Below, one piece after another: positions 19,520 to 27,604 of a stretch of DNA of 56,543 bases. Every line of letters begins with the position of its first letter. Positions within the stretch are counted from its first letter, which is position 1. Source of the stretch: a virus (taxonomy: Duplodnaviria; Caudoviricetes). A program made the position numbers and the translations under genes. Below the pieces are notes generated by a model. It was not told the origin of the DNA, made no database searches, and saw only the letters and a list, made by a program, of their open reading frames with translations. The stretch covers positions 1-56,543 of the IMG/VR virus record IMGVR_UViG_3300046002_002936. One strand, 5' to 3'.

Positions 19520-19701
19520 CTCGGTGTCCTATCTGATAGCTCTAAGGTCAACTTGACCGTGGCCTTGGCTAAGATCATGTCCGTGCAGAAGTCGTATCGA
19601 CCGCTCAGGACGCCAGAGACAAATTCCGAGCCGTGGTCTTTGTAGGTCTGCGCGACCGCCTGTCTGGCGATCAGGGTGTCGGAGGTGGGGCGGTCGGTCA
19701 T
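19516..19701 (-). CDS. Hypothetical protein
   Basis: ATGA-coupled; IARQAVAQ domain. Confidence 0.65.
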   Translation of the reverse strand: MTDRPTSDTLIARQAVAQTYKDHGSEFVSGVLSGRYDFCTDMILAKATVKLTLELSDRTPR

Positions 19702-19919
19702 GGGCGCTCCTCTTTCGGTAAAGCAGCGTGCGCCCCCAAAATCAAAATTGTCTCTAAATGCGTTGGCTCTATCTCTTTATCGACCGCCCAACGATGCATG
19801 ACCTCAATCATGTTGGCGAGGTGGATTTGCAGCCACTTGATTTGATCATCCCGCGCCGCGAGCTTGATCTTCAGGGCGTCGTACTCGTCTTGGGTGATGG
19901 TGCTGTGGGGGTAGGTCAT
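19698..19919 (-). CDS. Hypothetical protein
   Basis: ATGA-coupled small ORF. Confidence 0.6.
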   Translation of the reverse strand: MTYPHSTITQDEYDALKIKLAARDDQIKWLQIHLANMIEVMHRWAVDKEIEPTHLETILILGAHAALPKEERP

Positions 19920-20398
19920 GCGACCCCCATTATTGCGAACGCCACAACGCCAAAGACAGCGCCCCTTGCCAGTTCGACCTTGTCGTTCTCATCAAAGCCC
20001 TTGTCGGCCTCACGGCGGTTAACTGTTGCCAAGCACGTTGCGTGCATGGCCCAGAGCACAAGCAATACAACGGCAAACCATTGCGCTTGAAGTGATGCAC
20101 TGATCGTCGCGAAGCTCACAGGCATGATCAAAAGGTGGCGATAGAACGTCCCCTCAATCTCCTTGCGGTTTCTGGGTGCAAGTGACCCACCGAATAGCTT
20201 CCACGCTGGCCAGCGCCATAGGCACCAGCCTGTCAGGATCACACCCAGCCTCCAGTCCAGAAGGTAAGCGGCGGGATGAAGGGCCGCGACGTAATAGATA
20301 GGCCGACCAATGAAGGTCGAGCGCCAGCCCATGCCGCCACCGCACCAGCGGTCTAAGATCGCGAACGCGGGAATAAGCAGGAGGGGTGCGAGGCTCAT
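19916..20398 (-). CDS. Multi-pass membrane protein
   Basis: Several hydrophobic segments, Trp-rich; GGAGG SD, ATGA overlaps. Confidence 0.65.
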   Translation of the reverse strand: MSLAPLLLIPAFAILDRWCGGGMGWRSTFIGRPIYYVAALHPAAYLLDWRLGVILTGWCLWRWPAWKLFGGSLAPRNRKEIEGTFYRHLLIMPVSFATISASLQAQWFAVVLLVLWAMHATCLATVNRREADKGFDENDKVELARGAVFGVVAFAIMGVA

Positions 20399-20613
20399 TT
20401 GCCTCCTCCCACCTTAACCCAGCGATTGCCAAAGGCGTAAAACTGCATCGCCCGCCAGAACCAGTTTGGCTCTTTGCCCTTTAGGGGGCGCACAACTATC
20501 TGCCTGTTCATCCCAAACAATTCACATTGCCAGTCAGACTGTTCAGGCGGAGTGACGATTATTACGTTGTCCATGTGTAGGTTGCTGAAGTCATGCAGGT
20601 CGGTGATTTTCAT
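20395..20613 (-). CDS. Hypothetical protein
   Basis: ATGA-coupled; PNWFWRAMQFYAFGNRW. Confidence 0.65.
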   Translation of the reverse strand: MKITDLHDFSNLHMDNVIIVTPPEQSDWQCELFGMNRQIVVRPLKGKEPNWFWRAMQFYAFGNRWVKVGGGK

Positions 20614-20813
20614 CTACCTTCTCCCTTCAAGAATTTATCCACGGCGTCATAATACGAAATGGTGGCCTCTTCGAGAGCGATCAGAGCTTGGCGATTGGCT
20701 TCCTGCGCCGTCTGGAGAGCCTCGCGAGCCGTCTTCCATCGTGCCACATAATCAGAGGTGGGCAGATACCCGGCCTCTGCTGCTGCTGCGTCCCAGTCTT
20801 GTTGATCGGTCAT
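20610..20813 (-). CDS. Hypothetical protein
   Basis: AAGGAGG SD, ATGA-coupled. Confidence 0.6.
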   Translation of the reverse strand: MTDQQDWDAAAAEAGYLPTSDYVARWKTAREALQTAQEANRQALIALEEATISYYDAVDKFLKGEGR

Positions 20814-21052
20814 TGGTTGCCCTCCTTGGGCTGTAGGGCGGCGCGGATGATTTGGCTCGCTTCAATACTGCTATTGTTTAACCGATCTACGTCATCCATG
20901 CCGTAATTGCTTAGGTTAATCTCAATCAAGGTTTCATCGGCAGTTTGCAGCGCCTCCCGCAGCCGCTCGATCTCGGCGGTCAGGCTGGCGATCTGGGCCT
21001 GTAGCCCTTCAATAGTCGGAGCCAGATTTCCAATATGATTTGGCGTTTTCAT
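20810..21052 (-). CDS. Small coiled-coil hypothetical protein (EIERLREAL...RAALQPKEG)
   Basis: ATGA-coupled; shares C-terminus with the upstream ORF. Confidence 0.65.
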   Translation of the reverse strand: MKTPNHIGNLAPTIEGLQAQIASLTAEIERLREALQTADETLIEINLSNYGMDDVDRLNNSSIEASQIIRAALQPKEGNQ

Positions 21053-21210
21053 CCCTCCCCCTCCTTGGGCTGTAGGGCGGCGCGGGCTTCTCGGTAATAG
21101 GCCTTGGTGTGTGGGTCTTCACCCCAAACTGGGTCTGGCGTCACGCTCCTTAGTATCCCCCGCAGCCGCTTAATCTCTTCCTGAAGCTGTTCGACGGTCT
21201 GGAAGGTCAT
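21049..21210 (-). CDS. 53-aa hypothetical protein missing from the ORF track (MTFQTVEQ...RAALQPKEGEG)
   Basis: ATGA overlaps at both ends; fills the gap in the operon. Confidence 0.6.
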   Translation of the reverse strand: MTFQTVEQLQEEIKRLRGILRSVTPDPVWGEDPHTKAYYREARAALQPKEGEG

Positions 21211-21617
21211 ATGTATCTGCCCCCACCACTAAAGTACTCCGCAAACGCAGGCATCAGGGCCTCCGTGGCGATTTGTTCAGCGATCTTGTCGCGCAGCTTG
21301 GTGAAGAGCTTACGCTTTGCGTCAGAACCCTCTGCGTCATTGTAATAATCAACATCGACCTTGACGACGTGGCGCGTGCCATTGAGATCGTAGACTGCGC
21401 GGGCAATCAAGAGATAAGGCTGCGAGATGTCTTTCAGCATATCCACGTGAGCCGTGAAGCCGTTGCCCTCGATCTTGAGGGCCTTGATCACCTCGGCCTG
21501 AGCAGCCGCTTCCATTTCGCGCAAGAGCTTGACGCTCTCGTCCGTGGGGGCTCGATGCTCAATGACCTCTTTGGTCACGTACTGGGTGGGGTTTTGAACC
21601 GTTACTCTGTCAAACAT
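21207..21617 (-). CDS. Hypothetical protein
   Basis: EHRAPTDESVKLLREME; coupled ORF. Confidence 0.65.
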   Translation of the reverse strand: MFDRVTVQNPTQYVTKEVIEHRAPTDESVKLLREMEAAAQAEVIKALKIEGNGFTAHVDMLKDISQPYLLIARAVYDLNGTRHVVKVDVDYYNDAEGSDAKRKLFTKLRDKIAEQIATEALMPAFAEYFSGGGRYI

Positions 21618-21871
21618 TAGTGTGCCCTCTTCTTTCGTTGCAAATTCATAAAATCATCCACGGCGATCTTGATGTGCGCCTCGGATATCATCACGGCCTT
21701 GTCAGCCGCCTGTCGATTGCCGTCCGCCAGATGCGCGATGCTGGCCGCCACGGCGAGGCACAGCGAGTACATGATGGCCACGCGCTGCTCCACGTCGGAT
21801 CGGTTCCAGTGGTGCTCGTAAGCGGCCATGACGGTCGCGGTGAACTCGTCTACTTCGGTGGTGTCGTCCAT
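21617..21871 (-). CDS. Hypothetical protein
   Basis: TAATG coupling with the downstream gene. Confidence 0.55.
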   Translation of the reverse strand: MDDTTEVDEFTATVMAAYEHHWNRSDVEQRVAIMYSLCLAVAASIAHLADGNRQAADKAVMISEAHIKIAVDDFMNLQRKKRAH

Positions 21872-21880
21872 ACTCGCCCC

Positions 21881-22162
21881 CTACGCGGCCTGCGCGACGC
21901 GCAGACCCAGCTTGAGTGAAAACACAGTCACGGCGTCCTTGCGGAAGCGGTCAGGGTCGATCCCGGCCAGCTTGAGGGCCTTCTCGCAGATGCCGCCCTT
22001 GCGCTCTGAGACGGCTTGGGTGGCGACGTAGGTGTCGCCTTCGACGTAGTCGGTCTGGCCCATCAGGGCGGACACTTCGGTCTTGAGGGCGGCTTCGATC
22101 TCGGTCAGGGCCTTGATCTGGGCGCGGACATCGGCGAGGGCGTCTACTGGGTGGCGGTTCAT
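21881..22162 (-). CDS. Hypothetical protein (MNRHPVDALADVRAQIKAL)
   Basis: Preceded by CACGGAGA leader and operator/promoter. Confidence 0.7.
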   Translation of the reverse strand: MNRHPVDALADVRAQIKALTEIEAALKTEVSALMGQTDYVEGDTYVATQAVSERKGGICEKALKLAGIDPDRFRKDAVTVFSLKLGLRVAQAA

Positions 22163-22217
22163 TGGGGTTCTCCGTGTTGGGGTTTGGTTCACTCTTGTTG
22201 CATGGCCAGATCGACCT

Positions 22218-22235
22218 TGCAACAACTTAATTGCA
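22218..22235 (-). promoter_or_regulatory. TGCAA-N8-TTGCA operator overlapping a TTGCAA -35 element
   Basis: TGCAACAACTTAATTGCA; one of 7 exact copies found. Confidence 0.65.
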
Positions 22236-22244
22236 CATTGATCA

Positions 22245-22282
22245 AAGAAAAAGCCCGCCAAGTCATTTAGACCCAGCGGGCT
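22245..22282 (-). terminator. Intrinsic terminator (minus strand)
   Basis: AGCCCGC...GCGGGCT stem followed by a T-tract on the minus strand. Confidence 0.45.
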
Positions 22283-22440
22283 CCATCATATAGTCACGCC
22301 ACGGAGATGGCATTGCCCCCAAACCCCTTCAGAGACAACATTTCCATAAGACACCGACGATAGGAACGCAAGTCCGCAGGATAGAAATGTCATACACGTT
22401 ATGGTATACAGCGCGCGCAGGCGTAATCTGCTGACCAAGG

Positions 22441-23592
22441 ATGTCCCCACCTATGGCCTTTCCCAAGCTTTCCTTAGATGTCGCGACCCAGATGGTCGAT
22501 GTGCTTAACGAGTGTTACGCCGAGGGCTTCGCCGTCGTCGGGAACTCCACCAAACGCGCAGCCATGACGGAGGCCGCCCAGAGGCTGGACATATCCAGAG
22601 CCACCCTCACCTCCCGCCTAGAGGCCGCAGAGCGCCTGTACGGCATCAAGCCAGACCCAGATCAGTATCGCTCTAAAAACAAGCCTCTCTTCACCGTGGA
22701 CCCATTGCCGCACGACGGCGAGCCCTCAGCAGAGGAGCTGATCGAGCAGCTCACCCGCAGGCACCGCGACCGAGCCACGCACCACGACGCGGCAAAGCTC
22801 AGGCAGGTCCAAGTTAAGATGGACGGGCCGGTGGCTCTGGCCTTCTTCGGCGATCCGCACATCGACGACCCCGGCTGCGCTTGGGGCGATCTGGAGCGAG
22901 ACGTGGCCATCTGTCGGGACACGCCGGGGATTATGGCTGTTAACGTCGGAGACACCACCAACAACTGGGTGGGCCGCCTGATGGGCATCTACGCGCAGCA
23001 GGAGGTCACCACACGCCAAGCCTTGACCCTGATCGAGTGGCTGATGACTTCCCTTCCATGGTTGTTATGGGAGCGGGGCAACCACGACGGGTGGCATACC
23101 GATAAGGGTGATGTTAACGATGTAATGCATAGGTTGTTAAATCGACCGGGCATCCACAACGACGGCGGCACACGCATGCAGCTCAACCTACCCTCAGGCT
23201 GCGACGTGAAGGTCCACGTCCGCCATGACTTCCCCGGCGGCTCGCAGTTCAACCCGGCGCACGCCCTCGTCCGAGAGACCCTTTTTGGATACCGCGATCA
23301 CATCATGGCCTGCGGTCACAGGCACACAGCCGGGTACATCCCCGTCTGGCACAACGACCCCCAGCGCCTGTGCCACGGCCTGAGGATCGGCACCTACAAA
23401 GACTTTGACCATTACGCCGCAGAGAAGGGCTTTCAGCACGGGAACTGGGCTCGGTCCATGGGCACGGTGATCGACCCTGATTACGCTCACGACCCCGTCA
23501 GGTTCGTCCGCACGTTCTTCTCGTTGGAGGAGATGGGCGAGTACCTGACGTGGCGACGCGAGAAGTGGTCTTTGGGCAAGACGCACGCTTAA
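22441..23592 (+). CDS. HTH plus calcineurin-like metallophosphoesterase
   Basis: GDPH, GD..NN, GNHD, GHRH metal motifs; N-terminal EAAQRLDISRATLTSRL HTH. Confidence 0.8.
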   Translation: MSPPMAFPKLSLDVATQMVDVLNECYAEGFAVVGNSTKRAAMTEAAQRLDISRATLTSRLEAAERLYGIKPDPDQYRSKNKPLFTVDPLPHDGEPSAEELIEQLTRRHRDRATHHDAAKLRQVQVKMDGPVALAFFGDPHIDDPGCAWGDLERDVAICRDTPGIMAVNVGDTTNNWVGRLMGIYAQQEVTTRQALTLIEWLMTSLPWLLWERGNHDGWHTDKGDVNDVMHRLLNRPGIHNDGGTRMQLNLPSGCDVKVHVRHDFPGGSQFNPAHALVRETLFGYRDHIMACGHRHTAGYIPVWHNDPQRLCHGLRIGTYKDFDHYAAEKGFQHGNWARSMGTVIDPDYAHDPVRFVRTFFSLEEMGEYLTWRREKWSLGKTHA

Positions 23593-23933
23593 TCCTTCAC
23601 AAGAGCCCTAAGCACCTTCGGGTGGACGCCCAGCACTCTGGCGAAGGCGTTCCACCCGCGCTCCCTGTGGCACGGTACAAGCCATCGGCGCACGAAGGCT
23701 ATGTTGTCCTCAGAAACAGGGCGATGGCCGCTGGGCGCGTCCCTGTAGCTCCTACCGTCCACTATATCGCGGATGGCGCTGGAAGACACACCAAAGACCT
23801 TGCCGACCGATGCGGCACCGTTCCTGCGGCACCCGGCCACGTAACGCGACCTGATGATCTGGACCTGTCCGGGGGTGAGTTGACGGTGGGCTACCATATC
23901 AGCCACGAAACCCCTTCGCGACCGCCAGATCAA
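23589..23933 (-). CDS. Small HTH DNA-binding protein (start uncertain)
   Basis: LTPGQVQIIR...VGKVFGVSSSAIRDIVDGRSY; second HTH-like segment. Confidence 0.55.
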   Translation of the reverse strand: MIWRSRRGFVADMVAHRQLTPGQVQIIRSRYVAGCRRNGAASVGKVFGVSSSAIRDIVDGRSYRDAPSGHRPVSEDNIAFVRRWLVPCHRERGWNAFARVLGVHPKVLRALVKD

Positions 23934-24636
23934 TCATATCGACGTTCAGCATGGCACCCTTGCCAGACACCCAATAGTACCCAATCCCGTGGTTGGGGAT
24001 CGGCGGGGTCTGCACATCTGCCCAGACCGTGCTTCGCCCTGTGTACATTTTGAGGTCACAGCGATGCACCGCCGGATAATGCCGACGCAGGTGGTGCGCG
24101 GCCTTGTCGGCGCGGAGGGGATCAACCGGCTTCTCAATCACCTTTGGTGGGGGCGCAGGAATGGCTGGGTCTTTTGGACGCGGTGTTCTGCGACCGGGCA
24201 ACGGCAGCGGATTGACGCCCGTCTGTGCGATCAGGATCGACAGGCGGTAGGGCGACAGGCGGTACTTGCGGCGCAGTTCGGCGTGCGTAAGGGTCGGCGC
24301 GACCTGCTCCCAGTCGGCAGGAATTTTTCCCTCGGGGATTTCCTCGCGCAAATTATTCTCCACGCACCAGCGCACAATCGTGCTCCAGCCGGTTCGGTAG
24401 TACGTTCTGGCGGCGACGGAGCCTATCTTGGCATACACCTCCTTGAAGTCCTCCGGGCACACTCTGGAGTGCCCACCGGGCGATCTGAGGCCGAAAGCCA
24501 ACTCCAGTTCGCGCAGGCGTCCCTTGCTTATTTCAAAATACTTCTCGCGCTGCTCCGTGGGGACTTCCGCGTAGTACTGTGCGGCGAACTCTTTTTTGCG
24601 GTCCTCGGTCCAGAGGAGGGTTATTGGTCTGGTCAT
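23899..24636 (-). CDS. Hypothetical protein with repeated HTH-like units, GcrA-like N-terminal WT motif
   Basis: LLWTEDRKKEF; CPEDF.../IPADW... repeats; GGTGGTGAG SD. Confidence 0.5.
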   Translation of the reverse strand: MTRPITLLWTEDRKKEFAAQYYAEVPTEQREKYFEISKGRLRELELAFGLRSPGGHSRVCPEDFKEVYAKIGSVAARTYYRTGWSTIVRWCVENNLREEIPEGKIPADWEQVAPTLTHAELRRKYRLSPYRLSILIAQTGVNPLPLPGRRTPRPKDPAIPAPPPKVIEKPVDPLRADKAAHHLRRHYPAVHRCDLKMYTGRSTVWADVQTPPIPNHGIGYYWVSGKGAMLNVDMIDLAVAKGFRG

Positions 24637-24637
24637 C

Positions 24638-24925
24638 TCACCACCCCAAAACAAAGACAGTGACGCCAGCGAGCAGGGCCGCGAGCAGGACGGTGATGAT
24701 CTCGATCACCCAGTTGATAGGTTTTTCCATTTCTGCGACCTCGTATGCCAGCAGGGGCATGTGGTTGTTTTCAACAGGTTGAAGGGGCTGGCAGCAAACA
24801 TTTTTGCATAATGGCCGAGCGGCAAGGTGGTCGCGGTAGGCTTGCGTCTGCATAGCCAGCGCATGATGCTGGGCTGCGCCATAATAGGCGTTTGGGTCGC
24901 TCACCAATCTTCTCCATTCCTGCAT
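24638..24925 (-). CDS. Small membrane protein (start uncertain)
   Basis: C-terminal TM segment. Confidence 0.5.
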   Translation of the reverse strand: MQEWRRLVSDPNAYYGAAQHHALAMQTQAYRDHLAARPLCKNVCCQPLQPVENNHMPLLAYEVAEMEKPINWVIEIITVLLAALLAGVTVFVLGW

Positions 24926-25146
24926 GACTTGATGTAGGCCTCACCCGCGCAGTGCTCGCACAGGCTTTCGCCGTTCCAATTCTCGCCGCGCTCGGCGGCC
25001 TTGAAAATGTAGTCATCGCACTCGACGCAGACCCACAGGGTCTCGGTGCTGTAGGTCTTACCCGCGTTGTCGATCAGCAGCTCAAGCCAGCCGCTTGATG
25101 CGAACTCGGCGATGTCGGCGGGGGTTAGGGGTTCTGGGTCGGTCAT
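24901..25146 (-). CDS. Small Zn-finger-like protein
   Basis: CVECD...CEHC; CACGGAGA leader. Confidence 0.65.
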   Translation of the reverse strand: MTDPEPLTPADIAEFASSGWLELLIDNAGKTYSTETLWVCVECDDYIFKAAERGENWNGESLCEHCAGEAYIKSCRNGEDW

Positions 25147-25184
25147 TGGGGTGGTCTCCGTGGTTGGTCTGATCTTTATGCTCC

Positions 25185-25202
25185 TGCAATTTGTTGGTTG
25201 CA
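25185..25202 (-). promoter_or_regulatory. TGCAA-N8-TTGCA operator in promoter TTGCAA-17-CATAAA
   Basis: TGCAATTTGTTGGTTGCA. Confidence 0.65.
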
Positions 25203-25206
25203 AGCA

Positions 25207-25461
25207 CTATTTGGATAAAAGGTAGAGGCCAAACAAGATGCCAGTCCAAGACGCCACCATGAGGGCCACAGACATCACGTCAAGCATGGTCGCCTTTGAG
25301 GGGCGGGCGCGATAAGGGTTGACGATCTCCAAGATGAACTTGGGCTTGGGGCGCTGGGACATGCGGGCTCTCTCGTGGGCCAAAATAGCTTGGCCGTATT
25401 GATATTCTTCGCGCTTGACCTGTTCATAAGCGGCGTCGAGGTGTGAGTTGTCGGTCATCAC
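25207..25461 (-). CDS. Small membrane protein
   Basis: C-terminal TM segment. Confidence 0.55.
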   Translation of the reverse strand: MMTDNSHLDAAYEQVKREEYQYGQAILAHERARMSQRPKPKFILEIVNPYRARPSKATMLDVMSVALMVASWTGILFGLYLLSK

Positions 25462-25862
25462 AGTTGCTCCTGTTTGATAATGGCTTGCTCACTTGAAAAG
25501 CCAAACATGGGTAGAAAAAAGAACCCATAACCGCGCTCGCGCATGACGCCAGACCCTAAAATTTCGTCACCAGCATAGAATGCAATGCTAGCTGCGCCGC
25601 GCCCCGCGATGTCCACATCACCTCTAACCACGGCGCGTCGTGCGACATCTGCAACGTCTTGCCCTGCAAGAGCCCAATCAATGCGATCTATTTCCTTCCA
25701 TGCGCACTCCATTGCTCGCATTGATGAATGTTTGATTGTCTGTTCAAAAGTGCAAAGCCAAAAATTAAAAATTGGCTCCCAATCATCCCGCGTCATAGTT
25801 TTCAAGTGCTCAATAAACGCATCCAAGATATGACCCTTGGGGCCGTACTTGTGCTCGGTCAT
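25458..25862 (-). CDS. Hypothetical protein
   Basis: AAGGAGA SD; AT-richer core. Confidence 0.65.
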   Translation of the reverse strand: MTEHKYGPKGHILDAFIEHLKTMTRDDWEPIFNFWLCTFEQTIKHSSMRAMECAWKEIDRIDWALAGQDVADVARRAVVRGDVDIAGRGAASIAFYAGDEILGSGVMRERGYGFFFLPMFGFSSEQAIIKQEQL

Positions 25863-25986
25863 TACATTCTCCTTACAAATCGGGTTGGGTTAGCTGACAG
25901 GCGAGCCGCCCGGTAAGCCGCGATGACGTACTCTGGGGGCGCTGCGGCGGGGCGCAGGAGGGTGAGTTGGGGAGGGGTTAGGGAGA

Positions 25987-26253
25987 TCACTGCGCCCCTC
26001 CCCGATCAATAGCCAGAGCCTCATCCAGAAGCGTGTTGTACAACGTGTCCAGTGCCGAGAAGCGCGCCGCATAGATTGCCCGATCACGCTCGTAGGCCTC
26101 GTTCTGGCCAATGTAGTTACGACCGTTAGGTTTGGTCTCGGACATCAGCTTCATGACCTCACGCAGGGCTGGCAGGACAGCGGCGCGGTCGTTGACGAGG
26201 GTGTCGCGGCTGTCGCCGCTGATGGTTATGAAGGGGGTCATTAGATCAGTCAT
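25987..26253 (-). CDS. Hypothetical protein
   Basis: PNGRNY motif; GAAGGA SD. Confidence 0.65.
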   Translation of the reverse strand: MTDLMTPFITISGDSRDTLVNDRAAVLPALREVMKLMSETKPNGRNYIGQNEAYERDRAIYAARFSALDTLYNTLLDEALAIDRGGAQ

Positions 26254-26254
26254 C

Positions 26255-26443
26255 TTACGCGTCCTTCTTTGTGATCGACCAATCTAGTCGATTAAGGGGG
26301 TTGTGGGGTCCGTTGGATATCCAGTACTTCGTGCCGTCTGTATCCCTGTAGGCTTCTTTGAAGCCCGATGCGGTGGGTAGCCCGAACGACGCGGTCCATT
26401 CCGCGCCGTCTGGGAGCTGGGCGTAAACTTGATCTTCGGTCAT
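26255..26443 (-). CDS. Hypothetical protein (MTEDQVY)
   Basis: ATG 3 bp after the upstream stop. Confidence 0.5.
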   Translation of the reverse strand: MTEDQVYAQLPDGAEWTASFGLPTASGFKEAYRDTDGTKYWISNGPHNPLNRLDWSITKKDA

Positions 26444-26445
26444 GG

Positions 26446-26718
26446 CTAGAAGTTCCACGCGACGATAGGGTTGCGGCTTTCGGGGCTGGCGTTGCGCTCC
26501 GCGATGATGCGGTTGGCTTCGCGCTTTCCGCTCACGGGGATGATCTCGAGCCAGCGGCGGTCGCCGCCTGTGCGGACGGCGATCTCCAGCGTCGCCGAAC
26601 GGCGCGCGGTCTTGTTGTAGAAATGGCCTTCGTAGACCTGCTCGAGGCCGATGCGGGCGACGGGGGTGTTTGAGCCCCATGATGGGGTGTAGTCGATTTG
26701 GCTTTGATCGTAGGTCAT
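26446..26718 (-). CDS. Hypothetical protein (MTYDQSQ)
   Basis: CACGGAGA leader. Confidence 0.6.
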   Translation of the reverse strand: MTYDQSQIDYTPSWGSNTPVARIGLEQVYEGHFYNKTARRSATLEIAVRTGGDRRWLEIIPVSGKREANRIIAERNASPESRNPIVAWNF

Positions 26719-26753
26719 TGGGGTTCTCCGTGGGATTGGTGGGGCCGAAGCCC

Positions 26754-26996
26754 CTATGCTGCGAGTTCCGCGTATTTCTTCAAGCGCTCGAGGATTTCGC
26801 AATAGGCCAGACCGGCCTGATTGACCCACTCCTTAACCGAGTAGTCCTTGAGGTAACAGACGTAGACCGAGACGGTCTCGTACTGGTTGGCTTCGGGGTT
26901 ACTGAAGATGAAATACTGGTAGCCTTCGCCACGCTCCAGCTCCAAGGGGATGCCAGCTTTGGCGATGGCGGCGTTAACGCGAGAAAGAGTGGTCAT
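26754..26996 (-). CDS. Hypothetical protein
   Basis: CACGGAGA leader, promoter upstream; LERGEGYQYFIF. Confidence 0.7.
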   Translation of the reverse strand: MTTLSRVNAAIAKAGIPLELERGEGYQYFIFSNPEANQYETVSVYVCYLKDYSVKEWVNQAGLAYCEILERLKKYAELAA

Positions 26997-27035
26997 CGAA
27001 AGTCTCCGTGGGGTCTGGGTTGCTTCTGGAGACCC

Positions 27036-27413
27036 TTATGCTCCTGCAATCGGATGCTTGCAAGCGGATAATTGCATGAAGGCCAAAATTTGTTCTTTGG
27101 CATCCTGCGCCCCAAGGCACACCATCCAAGTGTGTCCGCACTGGTCGATCAGATAGTCCCGCCAGTCCTTCTGCTCCTTGGACAGGGTGCCGCCCTTGAT
27201 CCGCTTCATTTCGACCCAGAGCAGGTGCTTGGGGATGAACAGATCGGGCACCCCGGCGCTGACACCCTCGACTTTCAGCTTGGCGGCTGTGGCGCGAGAC
27301 CGCAGGCCGCCGTTGGGGATGGCGAAGATGCGGCACGGTCGGTAGGTCTGGCGAAACCACGAGACCACCTCGCGCTGCTCCTCGTGCTCTGTGGGGATGC
27401 GTTCTTCGGTCAA
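27036..27413 (-). CDS. VRR-NUC domain nuclease
   Basis: EHEEQ...FAIPNGG...EGVSAGVPDL...VEMK...SKEQ; TTG start overlapping upstream TGA. Confidence 0.9.
   Translation of the reverse strand: MTEERIPTEHEEQREVVSWFRQTYRPCRIFAIPNGGLRSRATAAKLKVEGVSAGVPDLFIPKHLLWVEMKRIKGGTLSKEQKDWRDYLIDQCGHTWMVCLGAQDAKEQILAFMQLSACKHPIAGA
27045..27076 (-). promoter_or_regulatory. Two overlapping TGCAA-N8-TTGCA operators with promoter TTGCAA-17-CATAAG
   Basis: 27045-27062 and 27059-27076. Confidence 0.65.
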
Positions 27414-27604
27414 AAGGGTATCCCCTGCCACCAAGATGAGCACTGGTCTGCGGTGTTCACAAACTCCAGAGGTGGGTACATATCAAACGCCATGCACTTG
27501 CCACCCACGTCGTAGTGGTCGCAGTTGTGGCAGCACTTGGGCGGCCCAGCGTCCCGCCACTTCTCCCACTCAATCAAAAAATCCGGCTTATGCGCTCGCG
27601 CCAT
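27410..27604 (-). CDS. Small Cys-rich protein
   Basis: PPKCCHNCDHY...C...C; adjacent to helicase. Confidence 0.65.
   Translation of the reverse strand: MARAHKPDFLIEWEKWRDAGPPKCCHNCDHYDVGGKCMAFDMYPPLEFVNTADQCSSWWQGIPF

Noticed and set aside
22300-22310. Extra CACGGAGA on the + strand
   Set aside because: ATG overlaps the motif with no spacing and lacks the CCCC element; not counted as a leader
25862-25990. G-rich gap considered as ncRNA or G-quadruplex
   Set aside because: Explained by a possible 42-aa GTG-start minus-strand ORF coupled to both neighbours; too weak to call either way
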